64,000 nt of DNA from Candidatus Uhrbacteria bacterium (GTDB lineage: Bacteria > Patescibacteriota > Patescibacteriia > UBA9934). Positions 28,214 to 37,491 of this stretch are shown here, in pieces (position 1 is the stretch's first letter; each line of letters opens with the position of its first letter). Location of the stretch: assembly GCA_903827265.1 (NCBI GenBank), contig CAIKHN010000004.1, positions 40,067-104,066 on the forward strand, read 5' to 3'. The notes below the pieces were generated by a model. That model did no database searches and was not told the origin of the DNA. It worked only from the letters and a program-made list of their open reading frames with translations. Made by a program: the position numbers and the translations under genes.

Positions 28214-28289
28214 TGGTGACTCCACGGGGAGTCGAACCCCGGTTACAGGCTTGAAAAGCCCGTGTCCTAACCATTAGACGATGGAGCCG
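28214..28289 (-). tRNA. tRNA-Glu(TTC)
   Basis: acceptor GGCTCCA/TGGAGTC, anticodon loop TTTTCAA, T-loop TTCGACT, encoded CCA; hairpin terminator CCCGCAGC-AGAA-GCTGCGGG + TTTTATT just downstream. Confidence 0.85.
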
Positions 28290-28359
28290 TCTTTTGAACG
28301 GGGATAGTGTACCAAAAATTCGAATTTCGTCAAAAGACAGCATCAATCGCCACGAGCCT

Positions 28360-29418
28360 CTACACCTTTGCTCGCTCAAGAATTCCAGACTTGTACAGCT
28401 CGAGTAACACCAGAAATCCTGCAAGAATCGCCGGACCAAGAATGAACCCGATTGGGCCGAATGCGTTCAATCCACCGAGCATCGAGAGTAAAATCAGCAA
28501 CGCGTGCATTCGCGTTCGGCTACCAACAATAAACGGCTGAATGAAGTTATCGATAAGCCCAACAACACACATCGACCATACCAAAAGGCCGATCGCCTGA
28601 GGGACATGTCCAGACAAGAAAAGGTAAATGACGGCAGGAATCATAATCATCGACGTGCCGAGCATTGGAACTTGTGCCGCGATGACGACGAGTCCAGCCC
28701 AAATTAACGCGCCCGGAACACCAAAGAGTGTCAGGCCGATGCCGGCAACAATTCCTTGAACAATAGCGACGATCAACGAACCGAACACCACACCGCGCAC
28801 TGTCGCGACCAAACGATCAGTAATACTTTTATCGATCGCAACTCGCAGTGGACTTAGCGCAATAAGCTCGGCTTTAATTTTGTCGCGATCAACTAAAAAG
28901 AAGTACAGCGAGACAAAGAAGATAAACGTTTTAAAGACAATGTCTGCCGAACTCGCGAAAATTGTCCCGATGTTATGAACAATCCAAAGCGCGATATTCC
29001 GAAGAATTTCGCCAAGATCGATCAGCGCAATTTGCGAAACAAGAATGCTCGGCAGCGCATTTACCAATGGAAGCGATCGGAAATCAAACGCCTGCACCCA
29101 TACCGGATTTGCAAGTGTATCCTGCACAATTTCAACTGCCTGATCTGCCGCAACAAGAATGAGTGTCGTTAACGGAATAACCACCGCCGACAACACAAGG
29201 AGAATCATGATGAACGCTGAAATCTTTGGATGTCCTGTCCAGTGCCGTACATGACGCTCAAGCGGCGTCACAAGAATCGCAACGATTCCCGCCGTCAGCA
29301 ACACGATAATAAACGGTTCAAGCACTTTCCAAAACAAAATACTTACTCCGGCAAACAGCATGAGAAAAAACCATTTCGCAATGTGTTGATGGTCGAACGT
29401 TGTTTCAATCTTTGGCAT
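28360..29418 (-). CDS. AI-2E family transporter (PerM/UPF0118)
   Basis: about 8 TM helices, family-typical length; ATG at 29418 preceded by TATACT 6 nt upstream. Confidence 0.75.
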   Translation of the reverse strand: MPKIETTFDHQHIAKWFFLMLFAGVSILFWKVLEPFIIVLLTAGIVAILVTPLERHVRHWTGHPKISAFIMILLVLSAVVIPLTTLILVAADQAVEIVQDTLANPVWVQAFDFRSLPLVNALPSILVSQIALIDLGEILRNIALWIVHNIGTIFASSADIVFKTFIFFVSLYFFLVDRDKIKAELIALSPLRVAIDKSITDRLVATVRGVVFGSLIVAIVQGIVAGIGLTLFGVPGALIWAGLVVIAAQVPMLGTSMIMIPAVIYLFLSGHVPQAIGLLVWSMCVVGLIDNFIQPFIVGSRTRMHALLILLSMLGGLNAFGPIGFILGPAILAGFLVLLELYKSGILERAKV

Positions 29419-29450
29419 GCAAGGAGTATACCAAAACAAAAAGTCTCCCG

Positions 29451-29485
29451 AAGGAGACTTTTTGGATTCCGCACCAAGTCGCTTT
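29451..29485 (-). terminator. terminator of RRM-protein gene; its T-tract runs into the TATACT -10 box of the downstream transporter gene
   Basis: AAAAGTCTCC-CGAA-GGAGACTTTTT. Confidence 0.65.
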
Positions 29486-29490
29486 GCGAA

Positions 29491-29748
29491 TTAATCGCGT
29501 GGGCGAGCCTGGGAAACGGAGATCGTGCGACCACCGAAATCGGTCTGGTCGAACATCTTCACTGCATTTTCCTGCTCTTCAGGTGTGTTGAATTCGACGA
29601 AGCCGAATCCACGCTTGCGGCCAGTTTCCTTCTCGATTGGGAGGAAAACGGAAACCACTGTACCTGCTGCGCTGAAAAGTGCCTTGAGTTCATCTTCGGT
29701 AGCTGCATACGGGATGCCGCCGACGAAAACGCGTGCGTTGTCTGCCAT
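29491..29748 (-). CDS. RNA-binding protein with RRM (RNP-1 RGFGFVEF)
   Basis: 85 aa, RNP-2 VFVGGI and RNP-1 KRGFGFVEF. Confidence 0.85.
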   Translation of the reverse strand: MADNARVFVGGIPYAATEDELKALFSAAGTVVSVFLPIEKETGRKRGFGFVEFNTPEEQENAVKMFDQTDFGGRTISVSQARPRD

Positions 29749-29848
29749 AATGGCTTAGTTACTTCTCCAGTGCCGTTTCCCTGCTCCTCACGGAGAAGTA
29801 ATGACGTCACGGATGCTTAGCGACGATACTATAGCACAAATCCACTTT

Positions 29849-31984
29849 TCATGCAACCTTCCGCCCGTACTTTCGAAGCCGAAGGGCATTCAAAACCACG
29901 GAAATAGAGGAAAACACCATAGCTCCGCCTGCCAACATCGGGCTCAAAAAGCCCAACATCGCCAAGGGAATTCCAATAATATTGTATGCAAAGGCCCAAA
30001 AAAGGTTTTGACGGATAATTGCGTATGTCCCCCTTGTTAATCGCAAAGCATCCACAACCGCACCCAAGGCAGAAGGTCCGCCGGAAAGCACCACAACATG
30101 CCCAGCCTCGATGGCGATATCCGTCCCCGACCCCATCGCGATCCCTAAATCCGCCTGCGACAGGGCCGGGGCGTCATTGATGCCATCCCCCACAAATGCC
30201 ACCACCTCCCCCTTTTCCTGTACATTCATCACCACACTTCGCTTCTCCCCTGGCTTTACCTCAGCAACCACATCATCAATCCCAACGCGTTTCGCAATCG
30301 CTTTCGCCGCATCTGCATGGTCGCCGGTGACCATCGTCGCAGCGATCCCCATCTTCTTCAGATCAGCAATCGCCTCGATTGCTCCAGCTCGTGGTTCATC
30401 ACGAAGTGCAATCGCGCCGATACATTCTTTGCCCGCACCAACAAATACCACCGTCTTCCCTTCTGATCGAAGCGCGAACGCTGGCGAGAGATTGGGAAGT
30501 TTCATTCCTCGACCACGCAAGAACGATTCTGTGCCAACAGCAACATCGATACCGCTTACAGAACCGAAAATTCCCTCACCTGGAGTGACGAGCACATCGG
30601 TCGGATTGATCCTATTGGCCCTATCTCCAACCGCGAGAACGATCGCCGCAGCCAACGGATGTTCTGACAGCGATTCAAGGTCAGCGGCCTTCGCGAGCAC
30701 GTCATCTTTCGTCGCCGATCCGAACGGCAACACATCGGTAACAACCGGCTTTCCTTCCGTCAGTGTTCCGGTTTTATCGAAGAACACTCTCGTCACTCGC
30801 GACGCATGTTCAAGAGCGGTTCCATCCTTCACCAACACACCACGCTCAGCTCCAGCACCAGTTCCCACCAAAACAGCAATCGGCGTCGCAAGACCAAGTG
30901 CACACGGACACGCGATGACAAGAATCGACACTGCACGAATCACCGCAGCATCGATCGACGAGCCAGAAACCATCATGCCAACAAGCACGAGAATCGATAA
31001 TGCGATGACGATCGGTACAAAAACACCGGAAATCCGATCAGCGAGCTTCTCAATTGGCGCTTTTTTCGTCTGCGCATCCTCAACCATCTTCACAATCTGC
31101 GCCAAGAGCGATTGATCCGACGTCTTCGTGATCGAGATCCGCAACGCGCCATCGATATTCACTGTTCCGCCAATCACCTCATCGCCCTCAACACGACGCG
31201 CCGGAACACTCTCCCCTGTTACCATCGATTCGTCGATCGTGGTAGTTCCTTGAATGATTTTCCCGTCCAAAGGGATCTTTTCACCTGGCTTTACCATCAC
31301 AATGTCACCGATCTTGAGCGCATCGACTGCAACCTCTTCGACGGCATCGCCGATCACCCGATGCGCAGTCTTTGGTGCGAGTGACAGTAGCTTCGTCATC
31401 GCCTCGCTCGCTCGACCGCGGCTCTTTGCCTCAGCCCAACGGCCAAGCAAGATGAACGCCGTAATCACCGACGCGGCTTCGAAATACAGATCACCTCCGC
31501 GAAAAAGCTCAAACCAACTCAACCCAAGCGCAGCGACCGTTCCGAGCGACACCAACGTATCCATATTCGCCTTGCCTCGCTTCAACAATTTGAATGTTGT
31601 TGCGTGGAATGAGGCGCCAAAAATAGCTACCACAATCGTGGCGAGCACAGCCTCGATGTCGGAGGCTGCCGGAATCGACGAACCGATCATTGCGAGAACC
31701 AACACCGGAGCAGCAAACGCCGATGCCCAGAGCGCACGACGTCGTGCAACTGCGAGATCGGAAAAATGATGATGCTCCTCCACCGGCACCGAATACCCAG
31801 CATCGGCAACGGCCTTATGCAAGTGCGCCATCGTCGCTTTTGATCCGTCATATTCCACCGTTGCCTTCCCTGTCGCAAAATTCACCCCAGCATCCGTCAC
31901 TCCAGAAACTTCCTTCAACGAACTCGCAATATTCACCGCACATGACGCGCAATGCATTCCAGAAACTGGAAATGTCGTTTTCAT
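29849..31984 (-). CDS. copA: copper-translocating P1B-type ATPase
   Basis: N-terminal HMA MHCASCA, TM CPC motif (ACPCALGLATP), DKTGTLT phosphorylation site, GDGINDAPAL. Confidence 0.95.
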   Translation of the reverse strand: MKTTFPVSGMHCASCAVNIASSLKEVSGVTDAGVNFATGKATVEYDGSKATMAHLHKAVADAGYSVPVEEHHHFSDLAVARRRALWASAFAAPVLVLAMIGSSIPAASDIEAVLATIVVAIFGASFHATTFKLLKRGKANMDTLVSLGTVAALGLSWFELFRGGDLYFEAASVITAFILLGRWAEAKSRGRASEAMTKLLSLAPKTAHRVIGDAVEEVAVDALKIGDIVMVKPGEKIPLDGKIIQGTTTIDESMVTGESVPARRVEGDEVIGGTVNIDGALRISITKTSDQSLLAQIVKMVEDAQTKKAPIEKLADRISGVFVPIVIALSILVLVGMMVSGSSIDAAVIRAVSILVIACPCALGLATPIAVLVGTGAGAERGVLVKDGTALEHASRVTRVFFDKTGTLTEGKPVVTDVLPFGSATKDDVLAKAADLESLSEHPLAAAIVLAVGDRANRINPTDVLVTPGEGIFGSVSGIDVAVGTESFLRGRGMKLPNLSPAFALRSEGKTVVFVGAGKECIGAIALRDEPRAGAIEAIADLKKMGIAATMVTGDHADAAKAIAKRVGIDDVVAEVKPGEKRSVVMNVQEKGEVVAFVGDGINDAPALSQADLGIAMGSGTDIAIEAGHVVVLSGGPSALGAVVDALRLTRGTYAIIRQNLFWAFAYNIIGIPLAMLGFLSPMLAGGAMVFSSISVVLNALRLRKYGRKVA

Positions 31985-31985
31985 A

Positions 31986-33353
31986 CTATTCGGTAACGAT
32001 CATCGTTCCGCGAACCATACCCATCGAACAACTGAATGGAAATGTTCCTGTTTTCGTTGGGGTAAATGCAACGGTATTGTCTCCCGCATGAATTGGCGAT
32101 TGAACGTTAAACGCATTCATCACCAGCGTACTTGCACATCCAAGATTGTTTCCGCCATACACTTCCCAATCCACAGGATATCCCTTTCGAACCGTAATCA
32201 CATCAGGATTGTATCCAAACGCCGACGCCTCCATCGTCACCAATTGGCGGCCATCAATAAGCACAGGAGCAGCCACAGTTGTTGTGGTTGCACTCGCAAA
32301 CGAAAATCCTTGCCACCCAAGCAACGTCGCGCCATTACCAACGTTCGCAATTCCGAGCGCAACAACAAACGCGCCAACGCCAAAGGTTAAACGCTCGAGC
32401 GCTTTTCCTCGGAATGCCGATGTAGCCGCACCAAATCCGACCAGTGCAGGAAGAGTGCCAATAGCGAATGTGGTCATAATCAAGGCTGCTTGAATCGGCG
32501 ATCCTGTTGAAAGCGCGTACAACTGCATCGACTGTGTAAACCCGCATGGCAAGAAGAATGTTGCCGCACCAAGAATCGCAGGAGCAAAAGGACTCTTACT
32601 TTCAACAATGGCATGAATGCGATGCGACAAGAACTTTGGTGGACGAATGGCGAGCCCAGCAGGAAGAACATTCAAGAGATCTATTCCGATACCGATCATC
32701 AAAAGCGCAATCGCCACAATCAATACGCCATTCATTGTGGATGAAAGCGCGAGCTGGCTTCCAATAGCACCAACCAATGCACCAAAGCCCGCAAAGCCGA
32801 TCAGACGACCGACGTTAAAAGCGAAGTGCGGACGCATTTTCGTTACGAATGATTGCGCCGCGTTGGATTGCGCAGCTTTCGATGATAATGCGACGAGAAA
32901 TCCACTAACGACCGCAGTACACGACGAGAACGACGCGACGACACCCACAAGCAGCACGGCGATCAAGCCCTTCCCCGTTGCTTCTTCCGGAGCGTAGTTC
33001 AGGATTCCTGTAGATGTAAGAAGGTAGTAAATGACGTCGATCGCAACAACCGCAAGAATCAATCGATCCCAAGAGAACGGTCGCGGCGCGGACGATAACG
33101 ACGAGAACGAATATCCATGCTGTTTCAAAACCTTTGTACATTCTTCAGCGGAGACCGATTTCCCGTCTTGCATCGCGATTTCAACGGTGTTTGCCCCGGC
33201 CGAGGCACGAACCTTCACCACACCCGGCAGTTTCTTCAGCTCACGCTCAATAACGATCTCACAACTCGCACAGTGCGTCCCGGCAACAGAAAAATGGAAA
33301 GTATTCAACATATTCGATGCACTCATTTTATTCTTCATCGACCATAAAAACAA
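31986..33353 (-). CDS. HMA-domain / TauE-SafE-like permease / C-terminal cupredoxin-like fusion protein (start uncertain)
   Basis: N-terminal HMA (GTHCASCEIVIERELKKLPGV), 6-8 TM core, C-terminal soluble domain with Cys/His/Met residues (FSCSMGMVRGTMIV); stop 2 nt before copA start. Confidence 0.7.
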   Translation of the reverse strand: MFLWSMKNKMSASNMLNTFHFSVAGTHCASCEIVIERELKKLPGVVKVRASAGANTVEIAMQDGKSVSAEECTKVLKQHGYSFSSLSSAPRPFSWDRLILAVVAIDVIYYLLTSTGILNYAPEEATGKGLIAVLLVGVVASFSSCTAVVSGFLVALSSKAAQSNAAQSFVTKMRPHFAFNVGRLIGFAGFGALVGAIGSQLALSSTMNGVLIVAIALLMIGIGIDLLNVLPAGLAIRPPKFLSHRIHAIVESKSPFAPAILGAATFFLPCGFTQSMQLYALSTGSPIQAALIMTTFAIGTLPALVGFGAATSAFRGKALERLTFGVGAFVVALGIANVGNGATLLGWQGFSFASATTTTVAAPVLIDGRQLVTMEASAFGYNPDVITVRKGYPVDWEVYGGNNLGCASTLVMNAFNVQSPIHAGDNTVAFTPTKTGTFPFSCSMGMVRGTMIVTE

Positions 33354-33407
33354 TCCACATAATTATGAAGAGACATGAAGATCGCAATGACGTACAATAG
33401 AAGCAAT

Positions 33408-33800
33408 ATGTTTTCGAAGAAGCGCGATACCGCTGGCGTGCGTGATGAATTTGATTTCGCGCGCACCGAAGGTCAACTAGCTGTCGATGTGATTGAAACA
33501 CCGGATCGCGTCATGATTCGCTCGGCAATTGCAGGCGTTTCTGAAGACGATCTTCACATCACCATCAACGAGGACATGGTCACGATTCGCGGCGAACGTG
33601 CCATAGCAAAACTCCCCCTCAACGCAACCGTGCATTACGAAGAATGTTTTTGGGGCGCGTTCTCGCGTTCTATCATTCTTCCTTGCCGCATTACTCCAGA
33701 CGACGCTGATGCAAGTTTAAAAAACGGCATTCTCACCATTACCCTCAACAAAGCTCGTGGAGACGTTCACCTCCCAGTCCGCAATGAATTGATTGTATGA
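33408..33800 (+). CDS. Hsp20/alpha-crystallin family small heat-shock protein
   Basis: alpha-crystallin domain (FDFARTEGQLAVDVIETPDRVMIRSAIAGV...); TACAAT 9 nt upstream of ATG at 33408; ORF opens at 33375. Confidence 0.75.
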   Translation: MFSKKRDTAGVRDEFDFARTEGQLAVDVIETPDRVMIRSAIAGVSEDDLHITINEDMVTIRGERAIAKLPLNATVHYEECFWGAFSRSIILPCRITPDDADASLKNGILTITLNKARGDVHLPVRNELIV

Positions 33801-35644
33801 AAAAAGTCCACGCAGCGCTCTTGATTGCCCTCGTTATTCTTCTTGCGGGAACGCTTACCACGGCCGCATTTGCTATAAACGCCCACACCGCATTCACCAA
33901 TCGCGTTGTCGCACACGTTCGAGTTGCCGGCATCGACCTTTCCGGCATGGATGCGCTTGCCGCAACCTCAACACTCCAGCGCGCCTATGACGCCATGATC
34001 AGCGCCGGGCTTCCGGTAACTGTTGGCGACGAAACACAAAAAATCGATCTTTTTGCGTCAAATGGAAGCGACGTTGCATACAACCTTCTTGATTGGGACC
34101 CAAACGCCGCAGCGCAAGAGGCGCTAGCCACCGGCCACAGTCAAAACGCGTTTGTTGATAGCATTTTCACGCTGTATTACGAAATTCTTGGAAGCAAATC
34201 CTATACCGCACACGTTACCGTCAATACCGATCGTCTGGGCGAAGCGCTTCTTGCGGCATTCCCAACAGCGCAAATTGCCGCAACACCAACCGATTTTTCC
34301 GTATCATTTCCTCGTGGAATGGATCCTGTTATCACTATTGCTGAAGGCACAAACGGTCAAACACTCAATCTCGATCCTGCAATGGCATCAATCGCCACTG
34401 ACGCAAAAGACCTCAAACTCCAATCAATTGCCATCGCAACGATGCCCGTAACGCCCTTCATGACAACAACAGATGCCGAGGCGCTTATTCCAAAAGCAAA
34501 CGCAGCCATTCTTGCGGCACCGTACACAATTACTGGAACAAATGTGTCTGGGGAAAGCGAGACATGGACAGTCAGTCAGAAGACAATTGCCGACTGGATT
34601 TTACCAATGCAAAACATTGAGCACGGACCTGTTGTCGATCTTGAACCAGAAAAAATGGTTGATTTCCTCACCGAACTCCACACCGCGATCGACATCAGCG
34701 CAAAAAATGCTCGCTTCACCATCGACGGAGGGAAGGTTAGCGAGTTCCAAGGGAGCAAAGACGGTACCGTCGTTGACGACGACGCATTCTTTGCAGCATT
34801 CGTGGCTGGACTTGGAGCAAACGAGAGCATTTCGATTCCGACACGAGTCGATATTGCGAGCGTTACGACGGAAAATGTAAACACGCTCGGCATCTCGGAG
34901 ATTATTGGCGAGGCAACCACGACGTACACAACATCAACGGCAAATCGTCGAGCAAACATTAAACACGGCGCAGAAAAGTTAAACGGTCTCCTTATCGCTC
35001 CGGGCGAAACCGTGTCACTCCTCTCGCAGCTGCGACCATTCACTATTGAAGACGGCTATTTCCCTGAGCTCGTCATTAAGGGCGATGAAATTAAACCGGA
35101 AGTCGCCGGCGGCTTGTGCCAGATTGGTACCACAACCTTCCGCGCCGTTATGCACGCTGGACTTGAGGTTGTTGAACGCCGAAACCACTCTCTTGCAGTG
35201 TCGTACTATAACGATCCATCGAACGGCAATCCAGGAACCGATGCGACGATTTACGATCCGGCACCAGACTTCAAATTTAGAAACGACATGCCGACGTACG
35301 TGCTACTCGCCACAAATGCTGACAGCGAAAAAGGAGAAGTTACGTTTACGTTCTGGGGAACAAAAGACGGTCGCTCCGGAAGCTACACTCCCCCAACCGT
35401 ACTTTCTCGCTCACCAATGGGAACAAAAGTTATTAAAGAAACCGACACCCTCGCTCCAGGCGTTGAACAATGCCAACACGGCTTCCCCGGCGCCGTCGCC
35501 ACGTTTGACTACACCGTCACATACGGCGACGGAACGTCGAAAACCACAAACTATCTCTCAACCTACCGCCCGCTCCCAGAAACGTGCTTAGTCGGCAAAG
35601 CCACCAGCGTCGCCGAGCCAACGGATGAAGTGATCGCGCAGTAG
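33797..35644 (+). CDS. VanW-family protein with N-terminal signal anchor
   Basis: VanW core (GGLCQIGTTTFRAVMHAGLEVVERRNHS); ATGA overlap with hsp20 stop. Confidence 0.8.
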   Translation: MKKVHAALLIALVILLAGTLTTAAFAINAHTAFTNRVVAHVRVAGIDLSGMDALAATSTLQRAYDAMISAGLPVTVGDETQKIDLFASNGSDVAYNLLDWDPNAAAQEALATGHSQNAFVDSIFTLYYEILGSKSYTAHVTVNTDRLGEALLAAFPTAQIAATPTDFSVSFPRGMDPVITIAEGTNGQTLNLDPAMASIATDAKDLKLQSIAIATMPVTPFMTTTDAEALIPKANAAILAAPYTITGTNVSGESETWTVSQKTIADWILPMQNIEHGPVVDLEPEKMVDFLTELHTAIDISAKNARFTIDGGKVSEFQGSKDGTVVDDDAFFAAFVAGLGANESISIPTRVDIASVTTENVNTLGISEIIGEATTTYTTSTANRRANIKHGAEKLNGLLIAPGETVSLLSQLRPFTIEDGYFPELVIKGDEIKPEVAGGLCQIGTTTFRAVMHAGLEVVERRNHSLAVSYYNDPSNGNPGTDATIYDPAPDFKFRNDMPTYVLLATNADSEKGEVTFTFWGTKDGRSGSYTPPTVLSRSPMGTKVIKETDTLAPGVEQCQHGFPGAVATFDYTVTYGDGTSKTTNYLSTYRPLPETCLVGKATSVAEPTDEVIAQ

Positions 35645-35655
35645 CTTTTACACTG

Positions 35656-35690
35656 ATAGGAGGATTTTATTTATAACTAAAATCCTCCCA
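35656..35690. terminator. bidirectional terminator GGAGGATTTTA-TTTATAAC-TAAAATCCTCC
   Basis: perfect 11-bp stem between convergent vanW-like gene and clpP. Confidence 0.7.
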
Positions 35691-35822
35691 CACTTTATTC
35701 TGCGGTCAAGAAGATAAAAGTATTGAAACAGTTCAGCCGAAGCCAAAGTGCTCAAAGATCTTGTATCCCCATGCTTGTCGTGACCGCAGGAGAAAGGGTG
35801 AGAGGAAGTGAATTTGTACCTT

Positions 35823-36416
35823 TTAGGCGATGACCTTGTCAATAAGCCCATATTTTTGGGCCTCTTTCGCAGTCATGAAGTTATCGCGTTCGGTATCTTC
35901 CGCGACGACTTTCATTGGTTTTCCCGTGTGTTTTGAGAGAATTTCGTTCAAACTGTCGCGAACCGCCAAAATACGATCGGCATGGATCTTGATATCCGTT
36001 GCCTGGCCCTTCACGCCGCCAAGCACCTGATGAATCATCACTTCAGCATTTGGGAGCGCAAAACGCTTCCCAGGGGCTCCAGCGGCCAACAGCACAGCGC
36101 CCATGCTCGCCGCCATACCGATACAGATCGTCGAAACCTTCGGCTGAATGTATTGCATGGTGTCGTAAATCGCCAAACCCGCCGTCACCGACCCTCCTGG
36201 AGAGTTAATGTAGAGCGTAATCTCCTTCTCCTTATCCTGGCTTTCCAGGAATAAAAGCTGCGCAATAACGGCGTTTGCTACACCGTCGTCAATCTCCGTT
36301 CCAAGAAAGACGATCCGATCTTTGAGCAAACGAGAATAGATATCATACGACCGTTCACCATTCGCCGTTTTCTCGATCACGGAAGGGATAAGGTAGTTGG
36401 ATTGGATATCAGACAT
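35823..36416 (-). CDS. clpP: ATP-dependent Clp protease proteolytic subunit
   Basis: [22 protein letters not shown], catalytic Ser (GMAASMG), His and Asp present. Confidence 0.95.
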   Translation of the reverse strand: MSDIQSNYLIPSVIEKTANGERSYDIYSRLLKDRIVFLGTEIDDGVANAVIAQLLFLESQDKEKEITLYINSPGGSVTAGLAIYDTMQYIQPKVSTICIGMAASMGAVLLAAGAPGKRFALPNAEVMIHQVLGGVKGQATDIKIHADRILAVRDSLNEILSKHTGKPMKVVAEDTERDNFMTAKEAQKYGLIDKVIA

Positions 36417-36425
36417 AGTAAAACA

Positions 36426-36463
36426 ATAATACCAACTTAGCAGTCTCTTGCCAAGAGTGCTAA
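36426..36463 (-). promoter_or_regulatory. clpP promoter (TTGGCA-17-TATTAT, 9 nt to ATG) overlapped by CIRCE-like inverted repeat TTAGCACTC-N9-GACTGCTAA
   Basis: coding-strand TTAGCACTCttggcaagaGACTGCTAA matches HrcA CIRCE consensus TTAGCACTC-N9-GAGTGCTAA with one mismatch; -35 lies inside the spacer. Confidence 0.55.
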
Positions 36464-36485
36464 CCTCATCGAAACTTCACAAATT

Positions 36486-37133
36486 TTACAGCTCCAAAAT
36501 CCGCTCTGGTTTCAATGCATCCGCAAACGCATCAGAATGCGTAACGACGACGAAGCCGGTTCCAGATGATCGGAGCTTCGCGATTGCGGATGCGGCGATT
36601 GCGCAGGAGGCGGAATCGAGACCGGAGTCGATTTCGTCGAGCAAGGCGAATTTTGGTTTTAAAAGCACAAGTTGAAAAAGTTCGGCGCGCTTCTTCTCGC
36701 CACCCGACATCGAAGAGTGAAGCGTCTTATGTGCGAAGTCTTCGGGCAATCCTAGTTCGGCGAGGGTTTCACGAATGCGACGCTGTGCCTCGGGGACTTC
36801 GGTAACTCCGCACATGGTTTCGAGTGCGGCACGAGCAACGACGCCGAGAGACACGCCGTCGATGGCTGGTGGTTCTTGGTGTGCAAGGAACAGTCCGGCG
36901 CGAGCGATTTCATACGTCTTATGAGACCGATAGGATACGTCATCGATTTTGAAATCCCCCGAAACAATCTCAACACCAGACAACGCCATCAACGCAGAAA
37001 ACAGCGAGCTCTTCCCTGCTCCATTCTTTCCACGAATCACGACGAGTTCACCAGGAGCGCAAACAAAAGAAATATCGGAAAGAATTTCTTTCCCGTTTCG
37101 CAAAATTGAAAGATGCTCAACAACAAGGCTCAT
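36486..37133 (-). CDS. sufC: Fe-S cluster assembly ATPase SufC
   Basis: Walker A GKNGAGKSS, ABC signature SGGEKKR, Walker B LLDEIDSGLD; start at Met 37133 adjacent to sufU stop. Confidence 0.85.
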   Translation of the reverse strand: MSLVVEHLSILRNGKEILSDISFVCAPGELVVIRGKNGAGKSSLFSALMALSGVEIVSGDFKIDDVSYRSHKTYEIARAGLFLAHQEPPAIDGVSLGVVARAALETMCGVTEVPEAQRRIRETLAELGLPEDFAHKTLHSSMSGGEKKRAELFQLVLLKPKFALLDEIDSGLDSASCAIAASAIAKLRSSGTGFVVVTHSDAFADALKPERILEL

Positions 37134-37489
37134 AGCTTGGAAATGGCATCTTGCAACGCCTTCAACGGTGTCGTCAAACAACGCTCGCGAAGTGGACTAA
37201 CGGCAACGCCAAGAAGTGATCGGATGCTATTCCCATTCGTAAGTCCTATTTGACCAATAGGACCAATAACCGCATCAGCAATCGCCGCGGCTGATGCTCG
37301 GCTGATGACACAACCTTTCGCATCGAATGTAACATCAGCGATCGCACCATCGACGACCTTCAGCCAAACGGTGCATTCATCGCCACACGACGCGTTTACC
37401 GCAGTCGCTGAAACCGAAGAATCGACCATCGGACCTCGACGACTCTGCCGGTTCGCAAGCGCAAGAAGATTTTCGTATTCGAGAAGCAT
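37130..37489 (-). CDS. sufU: SufU/IscU-like Fe-S assembly scaffold / sulfurtransferase
   Basis: NifU-N fold motifs SCGDECTVWL, KGCVIS. Confidence 0.8.
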   Translation of the reverse strand: MLLEYENLLALANRQSRRGPMVDSSVSATAVNASCGDECTVWLKVVDGAIADVTFDAKGCVISRASAAAIADAVIGPIGQIGLTNGNSIRSLLGVAVSPLRERCLTTPLKALQDAISKL

Positions 37490-37491
37490 AG

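Noticed and set aside
30111-33141. Plus-strand ORFs antisense to copA and the HMA-permease gene
   Set aside because: Ser/Thr/Ala-rich low-complexity translations opposite strongly conserved genes.
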